A DNA stretch of 46,955 bases from Candidatus Uhrbacteria bacterium. GTDB lineage: Bacteria; Patescibacteriota; Patescibacteriia; UBA9934; UBA11717. Numbering within the stretch: position 1 is the first letter of the stretch; each line of letters starts with the position of its first letter. Below the pieces are notes generated by a model. The model saw only the letters and a list, made by a program, of their open reading frames with translations, was not told where the DNA came from and did no database searches. Location of the stretch: the NCBI GenBank assembly GCA_018701105.1, contig JABIWD010000004.1, positions 1 to 46,955 on the forward strand, read 5' to 3'. The translations under genes and the position numbers were made by a program. Shown here piece by piece: positions 1-8,618 of this stretch.

Positions 1-975
1 AATGCCCTGATAGTCTCACGAGTCCTCTTTACCTTGTCAGCAGTCTCATACCTAGTAGGTGGTCATGTAGCCCTGTTCTATTTGGCAGCAATAATTGGCG
101 GCATAGGACGGTCGCTAGTAAGTGGTACTGGATCTGCGTTCATGCACGACACTTTGAGGGCGCTCAAGAAGGATCATAAGTTTTCACACATCATGGGTAA
201 GCTCGGCTCTATCGGATATGCCGTACCAATCGTCTTCATCATGTCTGTTCCCTTCCTTACAGACATCAGTTTCAAGCTACCCTTCCTAATAATGATCGTT
301 CTCGACATCATTGGCCTCGCAGCAGCGGTTTCGTTTACATCGCCAAAGAAATCGAATTCCGAGATCAAGGAAATCGGAACACACAACATGCGGAAGGTTC
401 TAAAGCTCGGCGCATCCAAGAATATATATCGATACATACTCTTCGTAGGATTCCTGCTCGGCTCTGTCACCGTATTCTCAGGTTTCAAAGACGTCTATCA
501 GCAATTCGTCGGCGTTCCAGTTATCTACTACGGAATTTTCTGGGGAATATCACGAGGACTCGTTGCACTCGCGCTACCGCTAAACGGCTGGGTTAAAGAG
601 CATCTTTCGTTTCTCCAATTTCTTGGAACGAAACTCATCGTCGCGTTATCCATATTCACCACGCTCGCGCTTACAAAGGACCCAGTTGTAATCGTAGCGA
701 TGTTTATCTTGATTGCCTCACTGAACTGGAGTTTCAACATCACCGAACAACATTACCTGCTGGACATGATGGGCAAGACGTCCTTCAAGGCGACCTTGCT
801 ATCCACGCGATCACTCGCATACGAAATCTTTTTCGCAACAGGATCGTTACTTGTCGGTCTCATGATCGGCGTCGACAACTACTCTGCAGCATTCTTCACT
901 GCCATGATAGTAGTCGCCGCAATCGGAATCCCATTCTACCTAGGACTGGTTGCGTCACATAGGCGTGCACAATAA
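1..975 (+). CDS. MFS transporter, 5'-truncated by the window edge
   Basis: Frame is open from base 1. Many TM helices and a 'GIGRSLVSGTGSAFMHDTL' segment typical of MFS_1-like permeases. Confidence 0.8.
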   Translation, partial: NALIVSRVLFTLSAVSYLVGGHVALFYLAAIIGGIGRSLVSGTGSAFMHDTLRALKKDHKFSHIMGKLGSIGYAVPIVFIMSVPFLTDISFKLPFLIMIVLDIIGLAAAVSFTSPKKSNSEIKEIGTHNMRKVLKLGASKNIYRYILFVGFLLGSVTVFSGFKDVYQQFVGVPVIYYGIFWGISRGLVALALPLNGWVKEHLSFLQFLGTKLIVALSIFTTLALTKDPVVIVAMFILIASLNWSFNITEQHYLLDMMGKTSFKATLLSTRSLAYEIFFATGSLLVGLMIGVDNYSAAFFTAMIVVAAIGIPFYLGLVASHRRAQ

Positions 976-995
976 TCACCTATCCCCAACGACCC

Positions 996-1024
996 TTGAC
1001 ATCGACCCTGAGAGCTGTTGTAAT
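996..1024 (+). promoter_or_regulatory. sigma70-type promoter of tRNA-like unit 1
   Basis: TTGACA (996-1001), 17-nt spacer, TGTAAT (1019-1024); duplicated at 1648-1676. Confidence 0.7.
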
Positions 1025-1077
1025 AGAAGCAGCCTTGTGAGGTTTAAGACCTCCAAATTCAGGGTGGCGACAAATTA

Positions 1078-1120
1078 CCTCCCCATTATTCGTCTCATTG
1101 AGATGAACGGGGAGGTTTTT
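1078..1120 (+). terminator. Intrinsic terminator-like hairpin in the leader upstream of tRNA-like gene 1
   Basis: CCTCCCC...TTCGTCTCA-T-TGAGATGAA...GGGGAGG followed by TTTTT. Confidence 0.6.
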
Positions 1121-1129
1121 GTATCTCAT

Positions 1130-1202
1130 GGGCCCGTGGAGGTAATGGTAACCTTGCATGGTTTGCCACCCTGAGTCGCGGATTCGATTCCCGCCGGGTC
1201 CA
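1130..1202 (+). tRNA. Non-canonical tRNA-Ala-like gene (anticodon TGC in standard register, no encoded CCA)
   Basis: Acceptor GGGCCCG/CGGGTCC with G3:U70 and A73; 5-bp D stem GAGGT/ACCTT; anticodon arm CATGG-TTTGCCA-CCCTG; T arm GCGGA-TTCGATT-CCCGC (A53-C61 mismatch). Confidence 0.7.
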
Positions 1203-1237
1203 TGAGGGTTTAACCTATAAAAAAGCCGTAGCAAGTG

Positions 1238-1582
1238 CTACGACGATGTGCGGAAACGACCGAGAATGCCGGAACCAAACGACAAGAGTCCGAGCCAGAA
1301 CCATGCGACCACGATCACGAGCGCGCCCACTGGCATCACGTCGTACTGAACGAGATGAACGAGCACGATGAAGAAAGACAATGGCGCGGTGTAATAGCCC
1401 GTGCCAAAGATCGACGCCATCACCCAGACCAAGATCACTTTTCCGAATCCCGTCTCGCTCAATTGCATCGAAGTCTCACGGTCGCCGATCAAGAGTCCGG
1501 CCGCCATGAGCCCCGTTGCCCACATGATCCCGAACGTATACAGAAACTGCCACCACTCAACCGAAGAAGAATCGTAAAACAT
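1238..1582 (-). CDS. Hypothetical small membrane protein (about 3-4 TM)
   Basis: Hydrophobic ORF; GGGGAG SD before ATG at 1582; TTGACT-N17-TATGTT upstream on the minus strand. Confidence 0.65.
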   Translation of the reverse strand: MFYDSSSVEWWQFLYTFGIMWATGLMAAGLLIGDRETSMQLSETGFGKVILVWVMASIFGTGYYTAPLSFFIVLVHLVQYDVMPVGALVIVVAWFWLGLLSFGSGILGRFRTSS

Positions 1583-1647
1583 GACTCCCCCTTTCAACGC
1601 AAACATAACAATACATCGCTATAAAGTCAACCTATCCCCAACGACCC

Positions 1648-1676
1648 TTGACACCAACCTCGCGAGCTGTTGTAAT
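1648..1676 (+). promoter_or_regulatory. sigma70-type promoter of tRNA-like unit 2
   Basis: TTGACA-N17-TGTAAT within a ~54-bp near-identical copy of 978-1031. Confidence 0.7.
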
Positions 1677-1721
1677 AGAAGCACGCAGGTGAGGAATTAC
1701 TTCCAAATCCTTGTTGACGAC

Positions 1722-1763
1722 AATACACCTCCCCAATTTGTTGGGTGAGGTGTATTTGTTTTG
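1722..1763 (+). terminator. Intrinsic terminator-like hairpin in the leader upstream of tRNA-like gene 2
   Basis: AATACACCTC-CCCAA...TTGGG-T-GAGGTGTATT followed by TGTTTT. Confidence 0.55.
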
Positions 1764-1780
1764 AAACCCCAGTGGACCCT

Positions 1781-1857
1781 GGGCCCGTGGTGGTAATTGG
1801 TAACCTCACTTGCATCGTCAACAAGGGTCGCGAGTTCGAATCTCGTCGGGTCCACCA
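1781..1857 (+). tRNA. Non-canonical tRNA with Ala acceptor identity and non-Ala anticodon loop (CGT in standard register, GTC if shifted by one)
   Basis: GGGCCCG/CGGGTCC-A-CCA; D arm GTGGT-AATTGGTA-ACCTC; anticodon arm CTTGC-ATCGTCA-ACAAG; T arm GCGAG-TTCGAAT-CTCGT. Confidence 0.72.
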
Positions 1858-1910
1858 CTGGGTCATACTTGTCCGTGCCCCACCGGATAATCGATTTTAT
1901 TCATAATCAT

Positions 1911-3437
1911 ATGCCTATGCGCACATCGATTATTCCGATTTTATTCAGTCTGTTTCTTATCCCTGGGCTCGCCTCTGCAGCTTCAGTTGATACGGACAGT
2001 TTCACCGTCGACGTCACCGAGACGAACGGTAAGCTCGAGTTTTCTGTTGAACTTCGAGATGTTGAGCCCGAGCCGACGGTGGAGATTAGCGTCGAGCCAC
2101 CTTCAACAGAAGATATCGAATCAGTCATTGGACCCGAGCTACATTCCGGATCCCCTGGTGACATCTTGATCAACGAGTTTGTCTCTGATCCCGTAACTGG
2201 AGATGAAGAATGGATAGAGCTGTATAACACGACTTCGCAGTCCATAACTCTAACGGAGTGGTACTTAATAGATGGCTCGGACAAGAAAACTATGCTCGAG
2301 GGAACGCTGGAGCCCCGTTCATATATGGTGATCCATTCACCAAAAGGCGTTCTAAATAACGGAGGAGATGTGATCGAACTCTATGATGCATTCTCGGCAC
2401 AGATCGACGAGGTCGCTTACGGTTCATGGGACAATGCCACAGCTCCAAAGGCATCTGATCCGGAATCTGTTGGACGAGATCCTGATCAGGAGGAGATGTT
2501 CGTGATCATGACGCCTACTCCGGGCGCAGTGAACGTAACTACAGAGACTGTTGAGGCTGCTACGAGTGATACTTCAGTCGAGACAGATGACGATACCAGC
2601 AATACTGAAACCGACACTACAGATGAACAAGTTAGCGACCATGATTCAACAACGGGCGACTCAACAACGTGCACTCCAGCGGAAGAAGACGCTGGTGATG
2701 CTTCGGACGTTGCAGGCCCACAGTTTGTTGAGCTCGCGAATATCCGCGGACTCGCACTTGAGACCGAGCTCGCGACAGAAGGAATCGTTTCCGCAGTACC
2801 AGGAGTACTCGGAAAGCAAGTATTTTACCTTGCAGGATCTGGAATCCAGGTTTACCTGCACAGCTCCGAGTTCCCGCAGCTTGAACGTGGAACACGTGTG
2901 CATGTAGAAGGCGAACTACGGGAGTCTTCGGGCGAGTCGCGCATAAAATTGGACGATGCATCAGACATTCAGATTCTGAGCATGGAAGATGCGCCCACTC
3001 CACACGACATCACAACTGCCGAGATCGGCGAGGCTACGGAAGGATGGCTCGTACGACTAACAGGAATGGTTTCGGAGCGCTCATCTGGCGACTTTTACTT
3101 GGAGGACAGCAACGGAGAAGCTCGCGTGTTTATTAAAGACTCAACGGGCATCGCAAATACAACCGAGGTCGGTGATGAGATCACCGTAACTGGAATCGTA
3201 AGCGAAACTCGATCCGGATATAGGATCCTGCCACGTGATCAAGAGGATCTATTGCCACGAGTTGCTACAGAGGATAGCTCAGACCTACTCGCAATGGGAT
3301 CAACAAGCTCAAACTCACCGAGCGCACTCGGAGGATGGGTGCTTGCATCAGCCGCAGTGCTTGGACTCACGACAGCGGGACTTGTATCTGCAAAAAAGAG
3401 AGGTGCGAAATGGAATAAGTCACCACAAACTGCTTAA
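1911..3437 (+). CDS. Secreted/membrane-anchored lamin-tail-domain protein with OB-fold repeats
   Basis: Signal peptide; 'ILINEF...EWIELYN...LNNGGD' LTD motif; acidic Thr/Asp linker; two OB-like segments; C-terminal TM plus basic tail. Confidence 0.8.
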   Translation: MPMRTSIIPILFSLFLIPGLASAASVDTDSFTVDVTETNGKLEFSVELRDVEPEPTVEISVEPPSTEDIESVIGPELHSGSPGDILINEFVSDPVTGDEEWIELYNTTSQSITLTEWYLIDGSDKKTMLEGTLEPRSYMVIHSPKGVLNNGGDVIELYDAFSAQIDEVAYGSWDNATAPKASDPESVGRDPDQEEMFVIMTPTPGAVNVTTETVEAATSDTSVETDDDTSNTETDTTDEQVSDHDSTTGDSTTCTPAEEDAGDASDVAGPQFVELANIRGLALETELATEGIVSAVPGVLGKQVFYLAGSGIQVYLHSSEFPQLERGTRVHVEGELRESSGESRIKLDDASDIQILSMEDAPTPHDITTAEIGEATEGWLVRLTGMVSERSSGDFYLEDSNGEARVFIKDSTGIANTTEVGDEITVTGIVSETRSGYRILPRDQEDLLPRVATEDSSDLLAMGSTSSNSPSALGGWVLASAAVLGLTTAGLVSAKKRGAKWNKSPQTA

Positions 3438-3438
3438 T

Positions 3439-3657
3439 ATGAAAAAAGAAGACACAAAGCCTCCGTACAAGAGCGTCGACGAGGTCAAAGCCGACTTTGA
3501 TGCAAAGGTTACGGAGATGAATATTGAACAAGGAACATCACAGCTACTACTTGCCTTCATGCTAGAGGAAAATCGCCAGGCATGGATTCGTGGAAAAGAA
3601 TTCGGCTGGAAAAAAGCCTGGACCTGGAAGCGTAAGGGCGAGGCTCAGACGGCGTAA
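3439..3657 (+). CDS. Small hypothetical protein (72 aa)
   Basis: ATG immediately after the upstream stop; followed by a terminator. Confidence 0.6.
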   Translation: MKKEDTKPPYKSVDEVKADFDAKVTEMNIEQGTSQLLLAFMLEENRQAWIRGKEFGWKKAWTWKRKGEAQTA

Positions 3658-3658
3658 C

Positions 3659-3689
3659 AAAAAACCTCGGGGACGCCCGAGGTTTTTTT
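3659..3689. terminator. Bidirectional intrinsic terminator
   Basis: A6-CCTCGGG-gacg-CCCGAGG-T7 between convergent genes. Confidence 0.8.
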
Positions 3690-3693
3690 AATT

Positions 3694-5322
3694 CTAGAAC
3701 TGATCGTGGATTATCTTTGCCTGCCAACGAGACAAGTTCCACGCTTGCCACTCGTCGTTGTACTCGTAGTTCTTTATCCAGTTTGAATAAAATTGACTTT
3801 GAGCGTCGAGTGAGCGTGAAGCTGTACTAGATCGTGTTTGCAATTGACGGTTCGTAGCCTGCCACACTTTGTACACATCGGTGTTATAGACCTCAGGATC
3901 GCTATTATCTGGCCGCACCAGTTGATGTGCTTCTAACTCGTCTACCACCAACAAATATTCATCTACCCTCTGGTGGTTTGCTGAAATGTGGTCTTGGAAC
4001 TCGTCAGAGTTTACATGGTCCACAATGACTGAAGCTGCATCATCAGAAAGTCTGAACAAGAAGTGGTAATCAATCCCTGACCCTGTGTCCCCTCTGTCAA
4101 TGTTGTGCCGCGCAATAAACGCATCTGGATTCAAGAAGTTCAACCCGATTAGGGCAATAGCAAACGTGAAGACAATACTGTGAAGAATCGTGTTGTCCTT
4201 CAGCTTCGCGATCAACGCGGCGAACAAGATTACGAGAATGATCGCCACTACAACTAATCCGTAATGCGCGAACAAACGGTCATGCGTGAATCCAAACGCC
4301 TCCTCGTACAATCCGAGTCGCGTCCATGATGACCAGAGTACTCCCAAGGTCAAAACGAGCAATGAACCATTCAATACTTTGTTTAGAGCTTCGTGTTTAT
4401 CCGAACGTATCATCCTTACAGCCCATGTGATAGCGATCACGATCAACGCCACAACAATCAACTGAGCGAAGCCTTCACGTGCATACGTTGCATAAGTAAG
4501 ACCAAGCGACTCAAGACTTGCCTTGCCTCCAAACAAGTACACCGCCTGGATCAACAGGAATCCTACGAATACTAGGTTTGTTGTCCCAAGAACTATTGCA
4601 GTCTCAATACCAAGTTCTTTCTTTGGCTTAGCCTCTCCGATCTCACGTATCTTGGCACGCTTCCAGAATGCTGGCGCGAACATGAACAAGAATCCAAATG
4701 AGATAACAGCTATCATCAACAAGTCATCCAACAATTCCATTATGTCCTCCACGTGAAGAAGGCGCGTAAGTAGCTCGCGGGCCACTTCATCTGCAGCCGC
4801 AAACAAAGCGATGAAGATAGTCGCTACTATCAACGCAAGAATCGATCCTCGTGCTACGCGGGAAGACACTCCACTTCTCCTTTTGAGCTGCCTTAGTATT
4901 GGTACGCGTTCAAATACACTAGCAATTCCATCAATCAAAGGAAATAGTACAAAATCCCAGATCTTAAACTTCTTTATCGGCGCACCATATAAACTCACCA
5001 TCAACATGATGAACAGATACGTCATCGCGAATGCATTAAGGCCAAGAAGGAACTCTCCGTCACGAATCGCAAAGAAAAGTGACATGATTAGTATCGTTCC
5101 TGAAATCGCTGCCTCGTACCAACTAAGATGACGATGTGTGAATCGATCAAAAACAACGATCACACCAAACACCATTGCCGCAAACAACGGTACTACGACA
5201 CCCCACTGATGTCCGAAGAAAAATATATCCCACACTATTCCGAGTGCCAAAGACGTAAGCGCCAAAACGGACGGCTTAATCAGCTTTGAAACGGTTAACG
5301 GACTTGTATCCATCATGTTCAT
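3694..5322 (-). CDS. DUF4153/DUF4173-family multi-pass membrane protein
   Basis: Many TMs; 'YAREGFAQL', 'RLGLYEEAFGFT..R' and 'NPDAFIARHN' motifs. Confidence 0.75.
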   Translation of the reverse strand: MNMMDTSPLTVSKLIKPSVLALTSLALGIVWDIFFFGHQWGVVVPLFAAMVFGVIVVFDRFTHRHLSWYEAAISGTILIMSLFFAIRDGEFLLGLNAFAMTYLFIMLMVSLYGAPIKKFKIWDFVLFPLIDGIASVFERVPILRQLKRRSGVSSRVARGSILALIVATIFIALFAAADEVARELLTRLLHVEDIMELLDDLLMIAVISFGFLFMFAPAFWKRAKIREIGEAKPKKELGIETAIVLGTTNLVFVGFLLIQAVYLFGGKASLESLGLTYATYAREGFAQLIVVALIVIAITWAVRMIRSDKHEALNKVLNGSLLVLTLGVLWSSWTRLGLYEEAFGFTHDRLFAHYGLVVVAIILVILFAALIAKLKDNTILHSIVFTFAIALIGLNFLNPDAFIARHNIDRGDTGSGIDYHFLFRLSDDAASVIVDHVNSDEFQDHISANHQRVDEYLLVVDELEAHQLVRPDNSDPEVYNTDVYKVWQATNRQLQTRSSTASRSLDAQSQFYSNWIKNYEYNDEWQAWNLSRWQAKIIHDQF

Positions 5323-5347
5323 AGAAGTTATTTAATATTGAGCGGGT

Positions 5348-6586
5348 TTATACCAATTTTTTTAGTAAATCGTCAACGGAGAGCTCCTCGATCTCGCCAG
5401 TAGCTCTTGGTCTAAGCTCGACCACGCCATCAGCAGCTCCACGACCAACTGTCACGCGATATGGCATGCCCAAAAGGTCCGCATCCTTGAATTTCTCCCC
5501 TGGCCCCTTATCACGATCGTCCATCAGCACCTCGATCCCAGCCTCTTCGAGCTTGCCGTAGATCTCGACTGCAAGTTTCTGCTGCACCTCGTCAGCCCAC
5601 TTCACAGGAACGATATGCACCTTGAATGGCGCGACAGATTCTGGCCACTTGATTCCGTTCTCGTCGTGATGAACCTCTACGATCGATCCCATGACACGCG
5701 ACGGACCGATTCCGTAACATCCCATTATGATCTCTGTCATCTTTCCGTCCTTACCCTGCAGCTTGAAATTGAATGCAGTAGTAAACTTGGTCTTCAAAGG
5801 GAAAATATTTCCAACTTCGATAGCCTTGTCGACCGAAATCTTGCCATCCTTACAATTTGGACACGCATCACCTTCCTTCACCTCCGCAATCTCCTTGTTC
5901 TGCGCGAATCCACAACTACAGTGGAACACGAGGTCCTCGCCGGACTCTGTGAACACCTGGTACTCGTGCGAATACTTCGAGAAAATGCCGCCGTCGGCTT
6001 CTACGAGCTTGGCGTCGAGTCCACATCGTTGGAAAATCTTTGAATAGGCTTCCTTGCTGCGATCGTAATACGCATCAAAGTCCTCCTCGGTTAGATGGAA
6101 GCTGTACAGGTCTTTCATCGAGAACTCGCGCCCTCTCAACAGCCCCGACTTTGCACGCGGCTCGTTTCTAAACTTATCTTGGATCTGGTAAACAGCGACT
6201 GGGAAATCTTTGTACGAAGTAACGAGCTGTTTTACGAGAGGAGTTACGATTTCTTCACCAGTTGAGCTTAGCGCAAGCTCCTTGTCCCCTGCTCCCGTGA
6301 GCTTAAACAAAATATCATCCATTGCTTCCCATCGATCCGTCTTAATATAGTTTTCTTTCGGATGAAGCGCCGGCATCAAAATCTCTTGTCCGTCGATCGC
6401 GTTCATCTCCTCACGCACAATCTGCTGCACGTTCTTCAATACACGCAATCCGAGCGGCAGGTATGTGTAAACACCTGACATCAACTGATTTATGAAACCG
6501 CCTTGTACCAACAACCGAGCATTAGCTGAATCGGCGTCATGTGGCACACTCTTATTAGTCTTTCCGAATAGTTTTGAGTAGTACAT
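5348..6586 (-). CDS. proS: Proline--tRNA ligase (short bacterial type without the INS editing domain)
   Basis: 'YQIQDKFRNEPRAKSGLLRGREF', 'IEVGNIF' and 'MGCYGIG' motifs; anticodon-binding domain. Confidence 0.95.
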   Translation of the reverse strand: MYYSKLFGKTNKSVPHDADSANARLLVQGGFINQLMSGVYTYLPLGLRVLKNVQQIVREEMNAIDGQEILMPALHPKENYIKTDRWEAMDDILFKLTGAGDKELALSSTGEEIVTPLVKQLVTSYKDFPVAVYQIQDKFRNEPRAKSGLLRGREFSMKDLYSFHLTEEDFDAYYDRSKEAYSKIFQRCGLDAKLVEADGGIFSKYSHEYQVFTESGEDLVFHCSCGFAQNKEIAEVKEGDACPNCKDGKISVDKAIEVGNIFPLKTKFTTAFNFKLQGKDGKMTEIIMGCYGIGPSRVMGSIVEVHHDENGIKWPESVAPFKVHIVPVKWADEVQQKLAVEIYGKLEEAGIEVLMDDRDKGPGEKFKDADLLGMPYRVTVGRGAADGVVELRPRATGEIEELSVDDLLKKLV

Positions 6587-6633
6587 ATTGTGCTCATGGT
6601 AGCCAAAAAGCGCTATAAAGTCTAGATATAAAC

Positions 6634-6662
6634 AAAACACTCGAGCCTGGGCTCGAGTGTTT
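6634..6662. terminator. Intrinsic terminator
   Basis: AAACACTCGAGCC/GGCTCGAGTGTTT inverted repeat. Confidence 0.7.
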
Positions 6663-6678
6663 CTCGTTCTAAACGACT

Positions 6679-7332
6679 CTACTTAATCCAAGTTACGTCC
6701 AATGTCAGCTCCACGTCGTCCTTTATTGCACTATCGCCAAGACTCGCAAAGATCTTGCCAGACTGAGCATTCACTCCCCAATTCGTTCGGTCGATAGTTG
6801 TATCTCCTGTCAGATGAACCGAGTTCTCGTCGTGCTCGATAATCACAGGGAACGATACTCCACGAGTAATCTCGCGCATTGTCAGGTCACCCTTCACTGT
6901 CTGTGAGCCGTCCTCTGCAGTTTCTAAAGATGTGAACACAAACTTTGATGTTGGGTACTCTTCAACAAAGAAGAAGTCCTCTGATTCCAAGTGTGTGATC
7001 AACCCGCCAGACTTATCTTCCGGTAGATCAAGCGATGTGATGGTAGTCATGTCCATTGTAACTGAACCCGACACGACCTCACCCTCTGTAATAACGAGGC
7101 CTCCTTCTGACATCACGATCTCACCATTGTGACCTTGCTTTGTAATCTTTTCTGCAACCCACGCGACCTTGCTCACGCTCGAGTCGATTGAGTACTCCCC
7201 GTCCTCCAATACATCTGCCATAACTTCTCCTTCCTCAGGAATAATCTCCACCTCCGCCACTGGTTCCGCCGTCTGACTACATCCCGCACCAACTAGCGCG
7301 AGGGTCAGGAATAACATTGATAGTTTTTTCAT
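6679..7332 (-). CDS. YceI-family lipoprotein
   Basis: Lipobox 'GAGC'; 'HLESEDFFFVEEYP', 'GDLTMREIT' and 'IDRTNWGV' motifs. Confidence 0.88.
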   Translation of the reverse strand: MKKLSMLFLTLALVGAGCSQTAEPVAEVEIIPEEGEVMADVLEDGEYSIDSSVSKVAWVAEKITKQGHNGEIVMSEGGLVITEGEVVSGSVTMDMTTITSLDLPEDKSGGLITHLESEDFFFVEEYPTSKFVFTSLETAEDGSQTVKGDLTMREITRGVSFPVIIEHDENSVHLTGDTTIDRTNWGVNAQSGKIFASLGDSAIKDDVELTLDVTWIK

Positions 7333-7428
7333 AGTTTCTGGATTTTACCAAAGGGCTCTAGTAGGGACAAGTACGGGGACTACAGACAAACAAAAAAACA
7401 CCACTCTAGTGATGCTCGAACTCGCCGC

Positions 7429-8376
7429 CTACTTAACAATCATCTTGCAAACGAGATTCCTCGCAATGTACCGGAATGGAAACAGTAACAGTGTCCACGG
7501 GAATATAATGAGCACTGTTGCAAGCAGGATGTTGGGATCACTGAAGAACGAGCCCGCTAGATAAATAGCTAGTGTGAAGTTCATGAATGTCATGCAGATC
7601 GACACGGTGATCCGTTCATCGCATCGCTTCCAGAACGTAACAAAGTAGCCCACGACCAATAGCACGGCCACGAACACAAAGAGGACTGCGAGTTGTATTA
7701 ATAGGGTGTTGCCGATGCCAGACATAATGGTGTCTGCCTGCTTTGCTACTACTCCCATTATCAATAGACATAGCAGAACGAGCGATGCCGGTTTGAAGTA
7801 AACTGTGACTTTGTCGAGCTTTCCGTTCGCGATGTATCGAACACCCTGAGCTAGCACGAATGGAATCACTATCACTTTGACCAAGCTCCAGAACATTGTG
7901 AGTGCGCCCACGGTTACCGCGGTACCTGCAAACGTCCCAACAACGAGAGGTATTGTAAGCGGCGCTAACAAGGAAGTGGTCAGTGTGAGTACCAATGCGA
8001 CGCTAGGCTTCCCGCCCACCACCTCTACCAAGAGTGGCGCTGTCATACCCGTTGGCATCGCTGACAAGAGCAATAGTGCGAGAGCGAATTCCGGAACGAT
8101 CAAGTTCGCGATTAGATACACCACAGTTGGCAAAACAAGAAGCATGAAGATGTTAGCGACCAGGAGCATCTTGTAATTTTTTACAGCCTTGAATACTTTC
8201 TTGGAGTCGAGCTTCAAACTCGTCAGGAAAAATATTATTTGCAAGAACAGTGTTGCAAACGGAGCGAGTAGTATCGCCTGATCAGACAACAGAAGTCCGC
8301 CGCCGAGTGCGATCACTATTAAAAACAGGTACGACTGTACCAGTTGAACAAAAAGTTGCATTAGCCTTTGCACCAT
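7429..8376 (-). CDS. Bile acid:sodium symporter (BASS/Acr3-like) family transporter
   Basis: About 10 TMs; 'AMPTG', 'TTSLLAPLTIP' and 'MNFTLA' motifs; TATAAT 8 nt upstream of the ATG. Confidence 0.8.
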   Translation of the reverse strand: MVQRLMQLFVQLVQSYLFLIVIALGGGLLLSDQAILLAPFATLFLQIIFFLTSLKLDSKKVFKAVKNYKMLLVANIFMLLVLPTVVYLIANLIVPEFALALLLLSAMPTGMTAPLLVEVVGGKPSVALVLTLTTSLLAPLTIPLVVGTFAGTAVTVGALTMFWSLVKVIVIPFVLAQGVRYIANGKLDKVTVYFKPASLVLLCLLIMGVVAKQADTIMSGIGNTLLIQLAVLFVFVAVLLVVGYFVTFWKRCDERITVSICMTFMNFTLAIYLAGSFFSDPNILLATVLIIFPWTLLLFPFRYIARNLVCKMIVK

Positions 8377-8455
8377 GTTCAAACATTATACCAACGAATC
8401 TGCCAAGACGCATAGCAGACAGACAAAAAACACCACTCTCGTGATGCTGTCTGTC

Positions 8456-8530
8456 TGGAGCGGGAAACGAGGTTCGAACTCGCGACCTCTTCCTTGGCAA
8501 GGAAGCGCTCTACCACTGAGCTATTCCCGC
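8456..8530 (-). tRNA. tRNA-Gly(GCC)
   Basis: GCGGGAATAGCTCAGTGGTAGAGCGCTTCCTTGCCAAGGAAG...TTCCCGCTCCA, canonical cloverleaf with CCA. Confidence 0.97.
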
Positions 8531-8618
8531 TCGCAAAAGTCATGTTAACTAAGCTCTCGTGATTTGTCCAGATCCCGCCCTCGACAAATCACCCGAATCC
8601 TGCTATATTCAAGCCTGA

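Noticed and set aside
1055-1120. T-box riboswitch (AATTCAGGGTGGCGAC followed by a terminator)
   Set aside because: There is no room for Stem I or a specifier loop (about 30 nt from the predicted TSS), and the paralogous leader has CCTTGTTGAC without UGGN. Complementarity to the unit's own tRNA explains both copies better.
1797-1910. N-terminal extension of the lamin-tail ORF, and ORFs 980-1234(-), 1627-1866(-), 8282-8500(-) and 22269-22469(-)
   Set aside because: These are translations of tRNA or tRNA-like sequence; the real start is the ATG at 1911 preceding a signal peptide.
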